Source: an uncultured Gemmatimonadales bacterium (lineage in GTDB: Bacteria; Gemmatimonadota; Gemmatimonadetes; Gemmatimonadales; GWC2-71-9). From it: a stretch of 64,000 nucleotides of DNA. Below, piece after piece: positions 8,819 through 18,436 of the stretch. The notes under the pieces were generated by a model. It searched no databases. It was given only the letters and a program-made list of their open reading frames with translations, and had not been told where the DNA came from. Numbering within the stretch: position 1 is the first letter of the stretch; every line of letters starts with the position of its first letter. The position numbers and the translations under genes were made by a program. Location of the stretch: the NCBI GenBank assembly GCA_963842945.1, contig CAWJIM010000021.1, positions 288,001 through 352,000 of the forward strand, in the 5' to 3' direction.

Positions 8819-10474
8819 TCACATAAGCCGGTACTTGGGTCCGCTCCCACCCTCCCGGGGCGTCCAGCGCGGACCCACCACATCGGTGGCCTTACAATCG
8901 ACACAATTGGGCGCGTTGACCCGGAGCTGTCCATCGACCACCTCATAGACGCCCGCGGGACACAGGTGGGAGTAGAACTGGGCCAGCTCCGGACTCACAT
9001 CCCGGCCAACCAAGAGGTGGGAAGGGATGGTGTCGCGAGTCGCATTTCCTGACTTGAACACCGCGTCGAGCTTGCCGAAGGTGAGCACGCCGTCCGGGCT
9101 GAAGGGCGATGCTCCATCGCTGACGCGGGGCACCGATGCATCGGATGGCATCGCGATCCTGCCGCCGGGAAAACGGCCTCCGGTCAGGGTCATCAGTCCG
9201 GCCTTGGCGCCACCCAGAAAGAATCCGTCCTTGAAGGCGAGCCTCATGTTCCGAGTGCGATACAGATCGCTCGCGATATAACTGTCGGCCACCATACGGT
9301 CGTATGCTCCGAGCGACGCCGCCGAGTTGTCTCCCGATTTGAGGGCCTGAAAAGCCACTCGGGCCGCAAAGATTCCCGACTGCATGGCGTAATGAATTCC
9401 CTTGAGAGAGGGGACATCCACAAACCCGGCAGCGTCGCCCAGGATCATGACCCCCGCGCCGTACCGCCGCTCCGGCAGCGAGTAATAGCCCCCTTCGGGA
9501 ATGGTCTTCGCTCCCCATTCCAGAAGCTGCCCTCCCTCCAGGTAAGGCCGAAAGAGTGGATGCAGCTTCATCCGCTGGAGCAATTGATGGACATCAAGCG
9601 CCGCATTGTGGTAGTCCAGTCCCACAACCAGCCCGAGAGCTATCTGGCTCGAGCTCAGCGGATACATGAAACTTCCACCGAACGCGTCAGTTGGCAGCGG
9701 CCATCCCAGAGTATGGACCACGCGGTCCAGCGGGCGTTTAGTCTCCCACACCTCTTTGACGCCGAGGGCGAACAGTTGTGGATTCGGAGAGCCGATCTTC
9801 TGCCACTGGGTGTAGGCCTGGGAGAGAAGTCCCCGAGTGCCCTCGGCCAGCATGGTGATTCGGGCGGTGACCTCAGTCGGCTCGGTGTAACCGCCGCCGG
9901 GTGTGCCGTCCCGACTCAAGCCCGACGGCGTAGTGCGCACTCCGCGGACCGATTCCCCATCCACTAGCAAAGCATCGACCGGGAAGCCGGCAAAGAGATT
10001 GATGCCCGCTTCCTCCGCCCGCTGACCCAGCCAGCGCACCACCTCACAGACAGATGCCGTGTAGTACCCGGAGTTGTGCATGGTGGGCGGAGTGGGAAGC
10101 CGCTGAGCCCTGCGTTCGGTCAACAGATAGACCGCCTCGCGCGACACCGCCTGGCGAAAGGGCATCTGCTCGATAGGGAGGTCGGGAAAGAGCTCGCGGA
10201 AGGCGCGGGGATTGATGACCGCACCCGACAGGTTGTGCTCACCCAGGCTCTCGGCCTTTTCCAGCACCGCGATGTTGAGCTCGGACATACCTCCGCCCGT
10301 CTCCTGCTCCTGCTTGGCCAGACGGCTCAGCTCGATGGCGCAGGCCAGCCCGGCGGGACCGGCGCCCACAATGAGCACATCCATCTCCATGGCTTCCGGC
10401 CCCGGCGGCTGGCGAATGATCAATCGGTCAAGCGGAAGCGCGGGCTGGTGCTGGGCGGGAAGGACGGTGGCCAC
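8819..10474 (-). CDS. Electron transfer flavoprotein:quinone oxidoreductase
   Basis: DVLIVGAGPAGL, HNLSGA, ALGVKEVWE, GAKTIPEGG, KGIHYAM.SG, C-terminal CPAGVY; GTG start after AGGAG; follows etfBA. Confidence 0.92.
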   Translation of the reverse strand: MATVLPAQHQPALPLDRLIIRQPPGPEAMEMDVLIVGAGPAGLACAIELSRLAKQEQETGGGMSELNIAVLEKAESLGEHNLSGAVINPRAFRELFPDLPIEQMPFRQAVSREAVYLLTERRAQRLPTPPTMHNSGYYTASVCEVVRWLGQRAEEAGINLFAGFPVDALLVDGESVRGVRTTPSGLSRDGTPGGGYTEPTEVTARITMLAEGTRGLLSQAYTQWQKIGSPNPQLFALGVKEVWETKRPLDRVVHTLGWPLPTDAFGGSFMYPLSSSQIALGLVVGLDYHNAALDVHQLLQRMKLHPLFRPYLEGGQLLEWGAKTIPEGGYYSLPERRYGAGVMILGDAAGFVDVPSLKGIHYAMQSGIFAARVAFQALKSGDNSAASLGAYDRMVADSYIASDLYRTRNMRLAFKDGFFLGGAKAGLMTLTGGRFPGGRIAMPSDASVPRVSDGASPFSPDGVLTFGKLDAVFKSGNATRDTIPSHLLVGRDVSPELAQFYSHLCPAGVYEVVDGQLRVNAPNCVDCKATDVVGPRWTPREGGSGPKYRLM

Positions 10475-10501
10475 TCGAGACTCCTGAACCTTCAAGGGTT
10501 T

Positions 10502-11491
10502 CTAGCCGTGGCTTCTAACCTTCTTCACCTCGGCAGTGAGCCGGGGAACGATCTCGAACAGGTCGCCCACGATTCCGTAATCCGCAATCTTGAAAATGGG
10601 AGCGTCCTTGTCCTTGTTGATGGCCACGATCGTTTTGGCAGTGCGCATCCCGGCGAGATGCTGTATGGCCCCCGAGATCCCCACCGCAATGTAGAGGTCG
10701 GGGCTCACCAGCCGTCCGGTCTGGCCGATCTGGTCCGTGGCAGGACGCCAGCCGTCATCGGTGACAGCCCGAGTGGCTCCTACCGCGGCATTGCCGATGG
10801 CGGCAGCCAGGTCTTCTACCAGCTTGAAGTTTTCCGCCGCGCGCAATCCGCGCCCACCACTCACGATGATCGGGGCTTCGCCCAGATCGAGCTTGGTCGT
10901 GCTTCGTTGAGCCAGCTCAGTGACCTGCACCCGTGCCGCCGCTGGGTCCATGGCGGGCTCCAGGGTCTCCACTCGGGCATCACGCGGCTGCTCGGCCGGG
11001 GTGACGAAGCCGGGACGGAGCGATATCAGCGCGGGAGACCCTGTTAGTCTCAATGTGACGTTCACCTTGCCGGTATATCCAGGGTGCTGCGCAATTACCG
11101 CATCATTCTGGATCTCGAACTCCGTCACATCTGAGGCGATGCTCACCCCTAGCCGGGCCGCAACCCGTGGGGCCAAGTCCCGTCCCTCGGCCGAGGCGGT
11201 GAAGAACGCAGCCCGATATTGGCCTGAACGTATCCGCTCAGATAGCGTCGCCGAGTACACCTCCGGGTTGTACCGCTCGAGACCGGAATGCTCCACCACG
11301 TACACGACGTCGGCGCCGTTCCGGCCAAGGGCTTGAGCATGTTGGGCCACACCGGGAGCACCGACGAGTACGGCGTGCACCTCGCCGCCACCAGTCGAAT
11401 CCGCCGCTTGCCGGGCCGCAGTAACCGCCTCGAACGCCACCTTCCGCAGCCCGCCGGCGCGAGTTTCGGCAAAAGCCAGGAACCCGGACAT
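10502..11491 (-). CDS. etfA: Electron transfer flavoprotein alpha subunit
   Basis: IVSGGRG, GATRA, QIGQTG, YIAVGISGAIQHLAGM, AINKDKDAPIF. Confidence 0.96.
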   Translation of the reverse strand: MSGFLAFAETRAGGLRKVAFEAVTAARQAADSTGGGEVHAVLVGAPGVAQHAQALGRNGADVVYVVEHSGLERYNPEVYSATLSERIRSGQYRAAFFTASAEGRDLAPRVAARLGVSIASDVTEFEIQNDAVIAQHPGYTGKVNVTLRLTGSPALISLRPGFVTPAEQPRDARVETLEPAMDPAAARVQVTELAQRSTTKLDLGEAPIIVSGGRGLRAAENFKLVEDLAAAIGNAAVGATRAVTDDGWRPATDQIGQTGRLVSPDLYIAVGISGAIQHLAGMRTAKTIVAINKDKDAPIFKIADYGIVGDLFEIVPRLTAEVKKVRSHG

Positions 11492-12243
11492 CACAACACC
11501 TTGGCTTCGGTTTGCAGGAGCCGGAGAAGCTCGGGCACCGCATCGGCTCCCTCCCCGATTATCCGTCCAGGGGGCCGATCTGCCGGCAGGTCCATTTGCT
11601 GCACGGTGAGATTGGCGGGGCCCAGCTGAGCCGGCTTGGTCTCGAGTGGCTTCTTCTTCGCGGCCATGATCCCCTTGAGCGAGGCCAGCCTGGGCCGGGC
11701 GATACCTTCGTCGATCGTGAGCACGGCGGGCAGAGGGAATTGAACAGTTTCCGAGGCTCCCTCCAGATCTCGTCGGGCGGTGCCGCTACGATCGGCCAGC
11801 TCGAGCTGGGAGATTCCGGTGACGCAAGGGAGGTCCAGCAGCTCCGCGGTCATGGGCCCAACGGTGCCATTCGCCGTGTCGGTCGCCATCCGCCCGAAGA
11901 GAATCAGATCGTAACCGCCGCTCCGAAGCTCCTCCGCCAGCGCGTTCGCTATGGCCAGGCCGTCGAACGGGACCTGATCGACCTTGAGCTGGACTGCCCG
12001 GGTGGCTCCCATCGCCAGACCCTTTCGCAGAATCTCCTGCACCCCATCGGGACCGAGCGACAGAACGACCACCTCCCCCGGACCATGCTTCTCCGCGAGC
12101 TGCAGCCCAACCTCGAGCGCATACCCGTCGAAGTCGCCCATTTCGTATTTCATGCCGGTCTGATCGAGCGAGGTGCGGTCGGCCGCGATGCTGAATCGCA
12201 TCTCCATGTCCGGCACGCGCTTGATGCATACAGCGATCTTCAC
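11491..12243 (-). CDS. etfB: Electron transfer flavoprotein beta subunit
   Basis: MKIAVCIKRVPD, YALE, LAMGA, G.MATD, PR..SLKGIMAAKKKP. Confidence 0.95.
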   Translation of the reverse strand: MKIAVCIKRVPDMEMRFSIAADRTSLDQTGMKYEMGDFDGYALEVGLQLAEKHGPGEVVVLSLGPDGVQEILRKGLAMGATRAVQLKVDQVPFDGLAIANALAEELRSGGYDLILFGRMATDTANGTVGPMTAELLDLPCVTGISQLELADRSGTARRDLEGASETVQFPLPAVLTIDEGIARPRLASLKGIMAAKKKPLETKPAQLGPANLTVQQMDLPADRPPGRIIGEGADAVPELLRLLQTEAKVL

Positions 12244-12313
12244 GTCTGGCTCCGTTGGCCGCGAGTCGTGTCTGGTCGCGGCAAAGCTATCCCGCCTCCG
12301 GATGCAAATGCAA

Positions 12314-12337
12314 CGAGGCCACCGTGGGGTGGCCTCG
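12314..12337 (-). terminator. Terminator-like hairpin after the TM-helix gene
   Basis: CGAGGCCACC-GTGG-GGTGGCCTCG 10-bp stem. Confidence 0.65.
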
Positions 12338-12357
12338 CGTTTCGATTGGGCGGAGGC

Positions 12358-13269
12358 TTACGAATTGTCGCCGCCGCTGCGCCGATCCCGAATTCCGGGG
12401 CGGCCTACCCTCCGGCGATCAACCGTGGCACGCTCGATCCAACCATTTCCTGCAACGCCTCTGGAGCCCTGGGTGGCCTGCGAATGCTGGGCCATGTCCT
12501 GCACCTCGTGGCTCATGCCCTGGGCCTGATGACGAGCGGCATTGGCTGCCCGCTCCAGCCGTGGCCCTGCCTGCTCGAGATTGCGGCCCGCCCGGTCGAG
12601 CATCTGCGCCGCACGATCCCGACCTCCCAGCCCGAAGGCGAGGCCGAAGGCCAGGGCAAGCGCGCCCACGATCGCGACCAGCAGTGTGTTGATGATCGTG
12701 GTGGCGATACCCAACTGATTGACCGCGACGACGATGGTAAAGCCCCAGACGGCAACCCGGGTGACCGTGGCGAGCATGTCGGGATTGGTGAATCCGGCTT
12801 CGGCCGATGCGCCTCGCACGAGCTGTGAAAGCGCTTTGGCAGCAAGTCCGCCGATCACCAGGACAACCAGGGCAACCACCAGGTTCGGCAGCCACAACAG
12901 CAACTGCTGGAGCACGTTTGAAACGGCCGGAAGACCGAGGGTGTCGAAGGCCACCACCAGGGTGATCAGCCGGACAAACCACTTGACGATCCCGGCGATT
13001 ACCGCGGAGGAGTCGTCTTTGACGCCCATCTTGTGCACGAAATCGGCGAGTCCGGCCCGGCGCGCCAAGTCGTTGAATTTCACCGCATGCAACAGGGCCT
13101 GCACCCCGCGGGCCAGCAGCGAGGAGATGATCCAGCCGACGATGAGAACGACAACAAAGCCGATGATCCGGGGAATGGCCGCAAAGAAAGTGTTGAGCGC
13201 TCCGGTGAGCGATGCCTTCAACGCGTCGCCGGTGTCCCGCACCGGCACCGCAACCGCTGTAGCCTGCAT
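12358..13269 (-). CDS. TM-helix repeat membrane protein (CmpX / MscS-related)
   Basis: Two repeats P.I.G..V.L.VGW / LP.LV.A..VL.IG; ALAFGLAFGLGGR. Confidence 0.85.
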   Translation of the reverse strand: MQATAVAVPVRDTGDALKASLTGALNTFFAAIPRIIGFVVVLIVGWIISSLLARGVQALLHAVKFNDLARRAGLADFVHKMGVKDDSSAVIAGIVKWFVRLITLVVAFDTLGLPAVSNVLQQLLLWLPNLVVALVVLVIGGLAAKALSQLVRGASAEAGFTNPDMLATVTRVAVWGFTIVVAVNQLGIATTIINTLLVAIVGALALAFGLAFGLGGRDRAAQMLDRAGRNLEQAGPRLERAANAARHQAQGMSHEVQDMAQHSQATQGSRGVAGNGWIERATVDRRRVGRPGIRDRRSGGDNS

Positions 13270-13386
13270 TGTGCGCCTCCACCGCAAGTGAGCCCGTCCA
13301 TTTAACCTGCAACAGTCTGAGGGCCTCACCCCTGACGGTCGGTGATTGAGGTCACGGGCTCCCAACCGAATTTTGGGGTCGAGTGG

Positions 13387-15591
13387 CTACTGGGCGTCTC
13401 CGCCGAACGACCGGCGGACGACGAGCTTGAACGAACGGGCGTTGAGAGGAGTGAGGAAGCGCTCCAGCTCGCCCGTCTGCCGGTTCTCATTGAAGGTCCC
13501 GAAGATGGGCTGGTGGGAGTTGAAGACGTTGCTGGCAATGGCTGAGACGTCCCAGCGGGCGTGGCTGAAGCCAAGGCGCAGGTTGCCCACAAAGTACCCG
13601 CTCAGCGGAGAGGTCTCATTGGCCTCATCGCCCCGGAGCCACTGTCGTCCGATGTAGCGGCCGTCCAGCCCGAATTGAAAGCCCGAGGAGGTGGTATACA
13701 GCCCGCCGAACTTCACCTGGTGGTCGGGCACCAGGGGCAGCCGATCACCCTCGGCCACCGCGTTGGGGCCAGACAGCGAGGCTCCCGCGAATGCACTGTC
13801 GGCTCGGATGCTGAAAATTTCGGCAGGATCGCGAAACGTGGCCCGGGTGAAGCCGTAGTTGGCGTATAATGAAACATGCTCGCTGGGGATGACCTGCACC
13901 GAAAGCTCGACGCCCTCCCGCCGTGTGGTCCCGATGTTATCGAAGAACCCCTCGAACACCGCGTTCTCCGACTGAATGAACGAGATGTCGTCCTGAACAT
14001 TGGTCCGATAGAGCGACGCGTCGAATATTGCGGGGCCGTGGACCCACTTGCCTCCGATCTCGAATGTGGTGCCAACCACCGGATCGAGCGGTGGATCATC
14101 GCCCAGAGCAAAGGGCAGCGGACACGCGGCTGTTTCATCGGCGCAGGCCAGCTCGAGAATAGCGGGAGCCCGGAAGCTCTGCCCCACCGACAGATAGGCC
14201 GAAGCTCCGGGCGCGATGTCGAAGCTCAAGCCACCGCGGGGACTCAATCGGCTGAAATTGTTGGTGGTGTCGGCCGTGGGATCGAGCTGGTCCTGAAAAG
14301 GAATGTGGATGTAGTCGAAGCGGAGTCCTCCGGAGAAGGTCACCTCGTTGATCCGCAGATCGGCAAGAGCGTAGCCGGCGACATCGTAACTGGGGCTCTT
14401 CACATCAGTGGTGAGGTCACTGGTAGAGGGGACGGTCGGTGTCTCCTCCAGCAGCTGAATGTGCACCTGGTTGGCACCACCATCCGCGCCGAGCCGGAGA
14501 GAGAGGTTCCCATTGGGCCGAGGGGTGCTCCAGCGCCAATCCAAGTTCCCCCCGATAGTCCGGTTGTTGGTGAAGCTGCGAACATTGTTATCGGGAAGCT
14601 GATTGACATTGAAGCGCTCGGCCGTGGTGCGCCTGATGTACCCGGTAAAGGCGGCCTGGCTGCTTCCCCAACGGGTATATCCGGAGAGTGAAGCCTGCAG
14701 CTGATCGAGGTCTTCGAAGTCACCGACGGTAAAGTTGGTGCGGGGGGCGGTGTCGAAGATGCTTTCCGGAAGCGATCCCGCGGTTTCGGCCCGGGACTCG
14801 GCTCCAAAGGCCTGGAGGCTGAAGCCCCGTTCGGGCCCGCGCCGACCCAGATTGAGAAAGCCGTTCAGGTTCTCCGCGTTGGTGGCATCACGCCACCCAT
14901 CTTCATTCTCGTAGCCGCCGGCGAGATAGTAGTCCCATCCGCGTCCGCTGGAGCCGGCGATCGACGCCTCTCCCGAGTATGCGCCGTACGAGCCGCCGGA
15001 AATCTCGGCCTCCCCCTCCATCGGTCCCGACCCTCGCCGAGTGATCAGATTGATCGCTCCGCCCAGTGAATTGGGCCCGAGCAGTGAGCCGGAGCCGCTC
15101 AGGAGCTCGACCCGTTGCACGTGCTCCATCGGGAGCAGATCGAAGTTCACCTCGGCTGCGTCAGGCTCGTTCTGGCGTACTCCGTCGAGGAATACCGACA
15201 CTCCCGGCGGCAACCCTACCACCGGCCCGACGTTGAAGCCGCGGGTACTGAGGTTGAGCTTGAACGGCGAGCCGAGATCGTCGTACAGCGAAATGCCGGG
15301 CTGGGTGGCGAGCGCGTCAGCCAGCAGCCGGGGTTCCCAGGCATCGATCGCCGCGCCGGTTACGGTCGAGATTCGGGCTGGAATTCCGGAGCCAATCGTG
15401 GGCCCCGCCGTCGGGGCGATGGAGCTGGTCACCTCGATGGTCTTCAGCTGAGTGACCCGGGTCGTGTCGGTTCGGGTGGTGTCGGCTCGAGTGGTGTCGG
15501 CTCGAGTGGTGTCGGTCTGTTGGGCATTCCCGGATGAAGGAAGCACCACCATGACAAGCGGAAGGATAAAGAGCGTGCTGGAAAATCGCAT
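13387..15591 (-). CDS. TonB-dependent receptor
   Basis: Signal peptide; TonB box-like TIEVTS; plug motifs LSTRGF, FLDGVR, VQRVELLSGSGSLLG...GGAINLIT; beta-barrel with NVFN. Confidence 0.92.
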   Translation of the reverse strand: MRFSSTLFILPLVMVVLPSSGNAQQTDTTRADTTRADTTRTDTTRVTQLKTIEVTSSIAPTAGPTIGSGIPARISTVTGAAIDAWEPRLLADALATQPGISLYDDLGSPFKLNLSTRGFNVGPVVGLPPGVSVFLDGVRQNEPDAAEVNFDLLPMEHVQRVELLSGSGSLLGPNSLGGAINLITRRGSGPMEGEAEISGGSYGAYSGEASIAGSSGRGWDYYLAGGYENEDGWRDATNAENLNGFLNLGRRGPERGFSLQAFGAESRAETAGSLPESIFDTAPRTNFTVGDFEDLDQLQASLSGYTRWGSSQAAFTGYIRRTTAERFNVNQLPDNNVRSFTNNRTIGGNLDWRWSTPRPNGNLSLRLGADGGANQVHIQLLEETPTVPSTSDLTTDVKSPSYDVAGYALADLRINEVTFSGGLRFDYIHIPFQDQLDPTADTTNNFSRLSPRGGLSFDIAPGASAYLSVGQSFRAPAILELACADETAACPLPFALGDDPPLDPVVGTTFEIGGKWVHGPAIFDASLYRTNVQDDISFIQSENAVFEGFFDNIGTTRREGVELSVQVIPSEHVSLYANYGFTRATFRDPAEIFSIRADSAFAGASLSGPNAVAEGDRLPLVPDHQVKFGGLYTTSSGFQFGLDGRYIGRQWLRGDEANETSPLSGYFVGNLRLGFSHARWDVSAIASNVFNSHQPIFGTFNENRQTGELERFLTPLNARSFKLVVRRSFGGDAQ
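15458..15517 (-). repeat. Four 15-nt tandem units encoding (DTTR-x)4 after the TBDR signal peptide
   Basis: CGRGTSGTGTCGGYY x4 on the plus strand. Confidence 0.85.
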
Positions 15592-15736
15592 GAAGACTGC
15601 CCGAGGAGGAGCTGCGTCGGTCACGTCATGAACGTGGATAGCTGGGCTCGGTTCCGGTGGCTTGAGTCGGGGCAAGCAGCGTGATCTTGAAGAATGGGCA
15701 TCACAGGATGATGAGACCGGTGTCTGGTGGCTAAGG

Positions 15737-15768
15737 AAAGCCCCCCGAGCGGTGCACCGGGGGGCTTT
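15737..15768 (-). terminator. Intrinsic terminator-like hairpin
   Basis: AAAGCCCCCCG...CGGGGGGCTTT inverted repeat downstream of the 77-aa ORF. Confidence 0.7.
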
Positions 15769-15790
15769 GGAAATGACGCTCGGCGAAGGC

Positions 15791-16024
15791 TCACTGCCTT
15801 CCAACGTCCATTGCCGGTCGGCTCCGGTTGGCCTCCAGCCATCCCAATATTTTTTCCTTGACCGATGCGGGAGCCTCTCCCGGCTCTGCCGCAAAGCTGG
15901 TCAGGGGTGCTCCCTCGTGCAGCAATTGCCAGGTCGAGGCTGTATTTGCTTCGGCAGCAACGCCATTCTGCCTGACCGCGTCGTATTCCTCACCCTCCCA
16001 CCACACCGTGACCCGATTTGCCAT
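15791..16024 (-). CDS. Small hypothetical protein (77 aa)
   Basis: AGGAG SD, ATG start, protein-like composition, own terminator. Confidence 0.65.
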   Translation of the reverse strand: MANRVTVWWEGEEYDAVRQNGVAAEANTASTWQLLHEGAPLTSFAAEPGEAPASVKEKILGWLEANRSRPAMDVGRQ

Positions 16025-16034
16025 TGCTGAAACT

Positions 16035-16062
16035 CCTGTAGAGGTCTCAACGCCTCTACAGG
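16035..16062 (-). promoter_or_regulatory. Hairpin overlapping the SD of the 77-aa ORF; may also terminate the acyl-CoA dehydrogenase transcript
   Basis: CCTGTAGAGG / CCTCTACAGG 10-bp perfect stem; its 3' arm supplies AGG of AGGAG. Confidence 0.55.
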
Positions 16063-16097
16063 GTCGTCAGTTAGAGCTTAAATGGCCGTGACGAGGG

Positions 16098-17300
16098 TCA
16101 CGTGTATGCGGCGTGCCCGGTAATGGCCTCGCCCACGATGAGGGAATGCATATCGTGGGTGCCCTCATAGGTATAGACCGATTCGAGGTTGGCCATGTGG
16201 CGCATGGAGTGGTACTCGGCCAGAATGCCGTTGGCCCCGAGGAGCCGGCGGGCCTCCCGGGCGCATTCGCAGGCCATGCTCACATTGTTCCGCTTGCAGA
16301 GAGACACCTGATAGGGCGTCATGGTGCCGGCATCCTTCAGCTTGCCGAGCTGCAACGTCATGAACTGAGCCTTGGTGATCTCGGTGAGCATCTCCACCAG
16401 GCGGACCTGCTGGATCTGGGTGGCGCCGATAGGCTTGTCGAACATGATCCGCTGGCCGGAGTAGCGCAGGGCCTCGTCGTAGCACGCCATCGCGGCGCCA
16501 ATTGCTCCCCACGCAATTCCATACCGCGCCTGGGTGAGACACATCAGCGGGCTCTTCAGACCGCCTGACTTCGGCAGGACGGCGCTCTTGGGCAGCTGCA
16601 CGTCTTGCAGGTGGATCTCACTGGTGTCCGAGGCCCGAAGCGACAGCTTCCCCTTCTGATCCCGGCCGGCGTATCCCTTGGTATCGGTGGGAACGATGAA
16701 TCCGCGGATCGACTTGGGGTCTCTCAGATCGCCGGTCTTGGCCCAGATGATCGAGACGGTGGCCTGAGAGCCGTTGGTGATCCACATCTTGGTGCCATTG
16801 AGGACCCAGCCATCCCGGGTTTCTCGGGCGGTGGTGACCATGCCGCCGGGGTTCGAGCCGTAATCCGGCTCCGTCAGGCCAAAGCAGCCGATCTCCTGCC
16901 CGGAAGCGAGCAAGGGAAGCCAATGCTGCTTCTGCTCGTCACTGCCAAAGGCGTAGATCGGGTACATCACCAGCGCCCCCTGAACCGAGGCGAACGATCG
17001 AATGCCGCTGTCGCCCCGCTCCAGCTCCTGCATGATCAGGCCATAGGCCACGTTGTTCAGTCCGGCGCAGCCGTACTCCTCGGGAAGGTTGGCGCCGAAG
17101 AGGCCCAGCTCTGCCATTCCCGGAATCAGCTGTTTGGGAAACTTTCCCTCGATATACGCCTGGCCGATGATCGGAATCAGGTTTTCGTCCACCCAACTCC
17201 GGACGGTATCGCGCACCGCGCGCTCTTCCTCGGAGAGCAGCGTGTCGAGGTTGAGAAAGTCGACGCCGGTGAACTGCGACGTGCCTGTAGCGGTGGCCAT
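16098..17300 (-). CDS. gcdH: Acyl-CoA dehydrogenase, glutaryl-CoA dehydrogenase-like
   Basis: ELERGDSG.RS..SVQ, GCFGLTEPD.GS.P, KMWITN, ARYGIAWG, LGANGI, NLESVYTYEGT. Confidence 0.88.
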   Translation of the reverse strand: MATATGTSQFTGVDFLNLDTLLSEEERAVRDTVRSWVDENLIPIIGQAYIEGKFPKQLIPGMAELGLFGANLPEEYGCAGLNNVAYGLIMQELERGDSGIRSFASVQGALVMYPIYAFGSDEQKQHWLPLLASGQEIGCFGLTEPDYGSNPGGMVTTARETRDGWVLNGTKMWITNGSQATVSIIWAKTGDLRDPKSIRGFIVPTDTKGYAGRDQKGKLSLRASDTSEIHLQDVQLPKSAVLPKSGGLKSPLMCLTQARYGIAWGAIGAAMACYDEALRYSGQRIMFDKPIGATQIQQVRLVEMLTEITKAQFMTLQLGKLKDAGTMTPYQVSLCKRNNVSMACECAREARRLLGANGILAEYHSMRHMANLESVYTYEGTHDMHSLIVGEAITGHAAYT

Positions 17301-17317
17301 TCGTGCCTCGTGGAGAG

Positions 17318-18436
17318 TCAGTGACTAGGCTGGGAATATAATGCTGCGGGTCGGACGAGCCGCCGGTAGGCCTCGAGATGCTGGGCGATTGCCGCGTCGA
17401 ACCCGTATTTCTCCGACACATATGCCTGCGCGTCCTCGCCCTTCCTCCGCCAGGCATTGTTCTCCAACAGCAGGCGCAGACCCCGGGCAAAATCGTCGTC
17501 CTCCACCCGGTAGCCGAAGCGGGAAGCAAAACCGTCGGGATCGACTCGGCTGAGGATGGCGCACTTGAAGGCAGCCGCCTCGAGAAACGAACGGGGCAGA
17601 CCTTCTCGCAGCGCGCTGTTCACCAGAATCCAGCTCTGAGCCAGAATCTCCTGAAACCGGGTGGAGGAGAACTGATCGACGAAGCCCTCCAGCTCCAGGT
17701 TGGGAAGCCCACCGTACTGCTGGTGTAGCAGCTCGGTCAGCTCCGCCGTGCGGGCCTGACCCATGGCGATGAACCTCACCTGAGGAAAAGCCTGGGCCAG
17801 GCGGAAGAAGATCTCCGGCCGCTTCCGCCGGTCCCACCGCCCGAGGAAACAGACCGTGGGCTGCTGAGCCTTCTGAATCGGGACAGTCGGAGGCCGAACC
17901 GGGTTGGGCAAGAAACCGGGAAGCTTGTCCAGCTTGTACTTTGCCTGGGCTATCGGGCGGGAGAACTCGTTGGGACAATACACCGCGTCGGCCGCGCGGA
18001 CCGACCGGGTGACCAACAAGTTGTTCTCGTAGGGGAAAGTCAGCAGGGTCCGGAAGCTACGGTCCAGGAACCACGACCGGAGCTCGATCAGCCAGTCGGC
18101 GGAGACGCGGGTGTCGCGACAGGTGACGACGTGAGCGCTCCGGGGAGCCGCTTTTCGCGCCAGCCAGGTGCCGAGCGAGGGCTCCTGCGAGTGATAGACG
18201 TCGGCTCGGCAGTCGCGCAGGAGACGAAACTGGGTTCGCAGCGACTGTGCGGGGTAGGACAGCACGGTCACTCCCTCTACCTCCTCCCGCTCCGGCTGAG
18301 CCCCCCGCGCCGGGGTCACGACGGTGACGCCGAAACCCCGCCGCACCAGCTCGGTCGCCAAAACACGGGTGGCGGTGCCATACCCGCCGTACTTCCCCCA
18401 CGCAAAAAACTCGCTGACGATGAAGCACACCCTCAT
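17318..18436 (-). CDS. Glycosyltransferase family 4
   Basis: FLGRWDRRKRP and EGLPRSFLEAA (EX7E). Confidence 0.88.
   Translation of the reverse strand: MRVCFIVSEFFAWGKYGGYGTATRVLATELVRRGFGVTVVTPARGAQPEREEVEGVTVLSYPAQSLRTQFRLLRDCRADVYHSQEPSLGTWLARKAAPRSAHVVTCRDTRVSADWLIELRSWFLDRSFRTLLTFPYENNLLVTRSVRAADAVYCPNEFSRPIAQAKYKLDKLPGFLPNPVRPPTVPIQKAQQPTVCFLGRWDRRKRPEIFFRLAQAFPQVRFIAMGQARTAELTELLHQQYGGLPNLELEGFVDQFSSTRFQEILAQSWILVNSALREGLPRSFLEAAAFKCAILSRVDPDGFASRFGYRVEDDDFARGLRLLLENNAWRRKGEDAQAYVSEKYGFDAAIAQHLEAYRRLVRPAALYSQPSH

Noticed and set aside
15592..15736. Cobalamin or TPP riboswitch upstream of the TonB receptor
   Set aside because: No B12-box or TPP core motifs visible; only a short CACGT-N5-ACGTG palindrome
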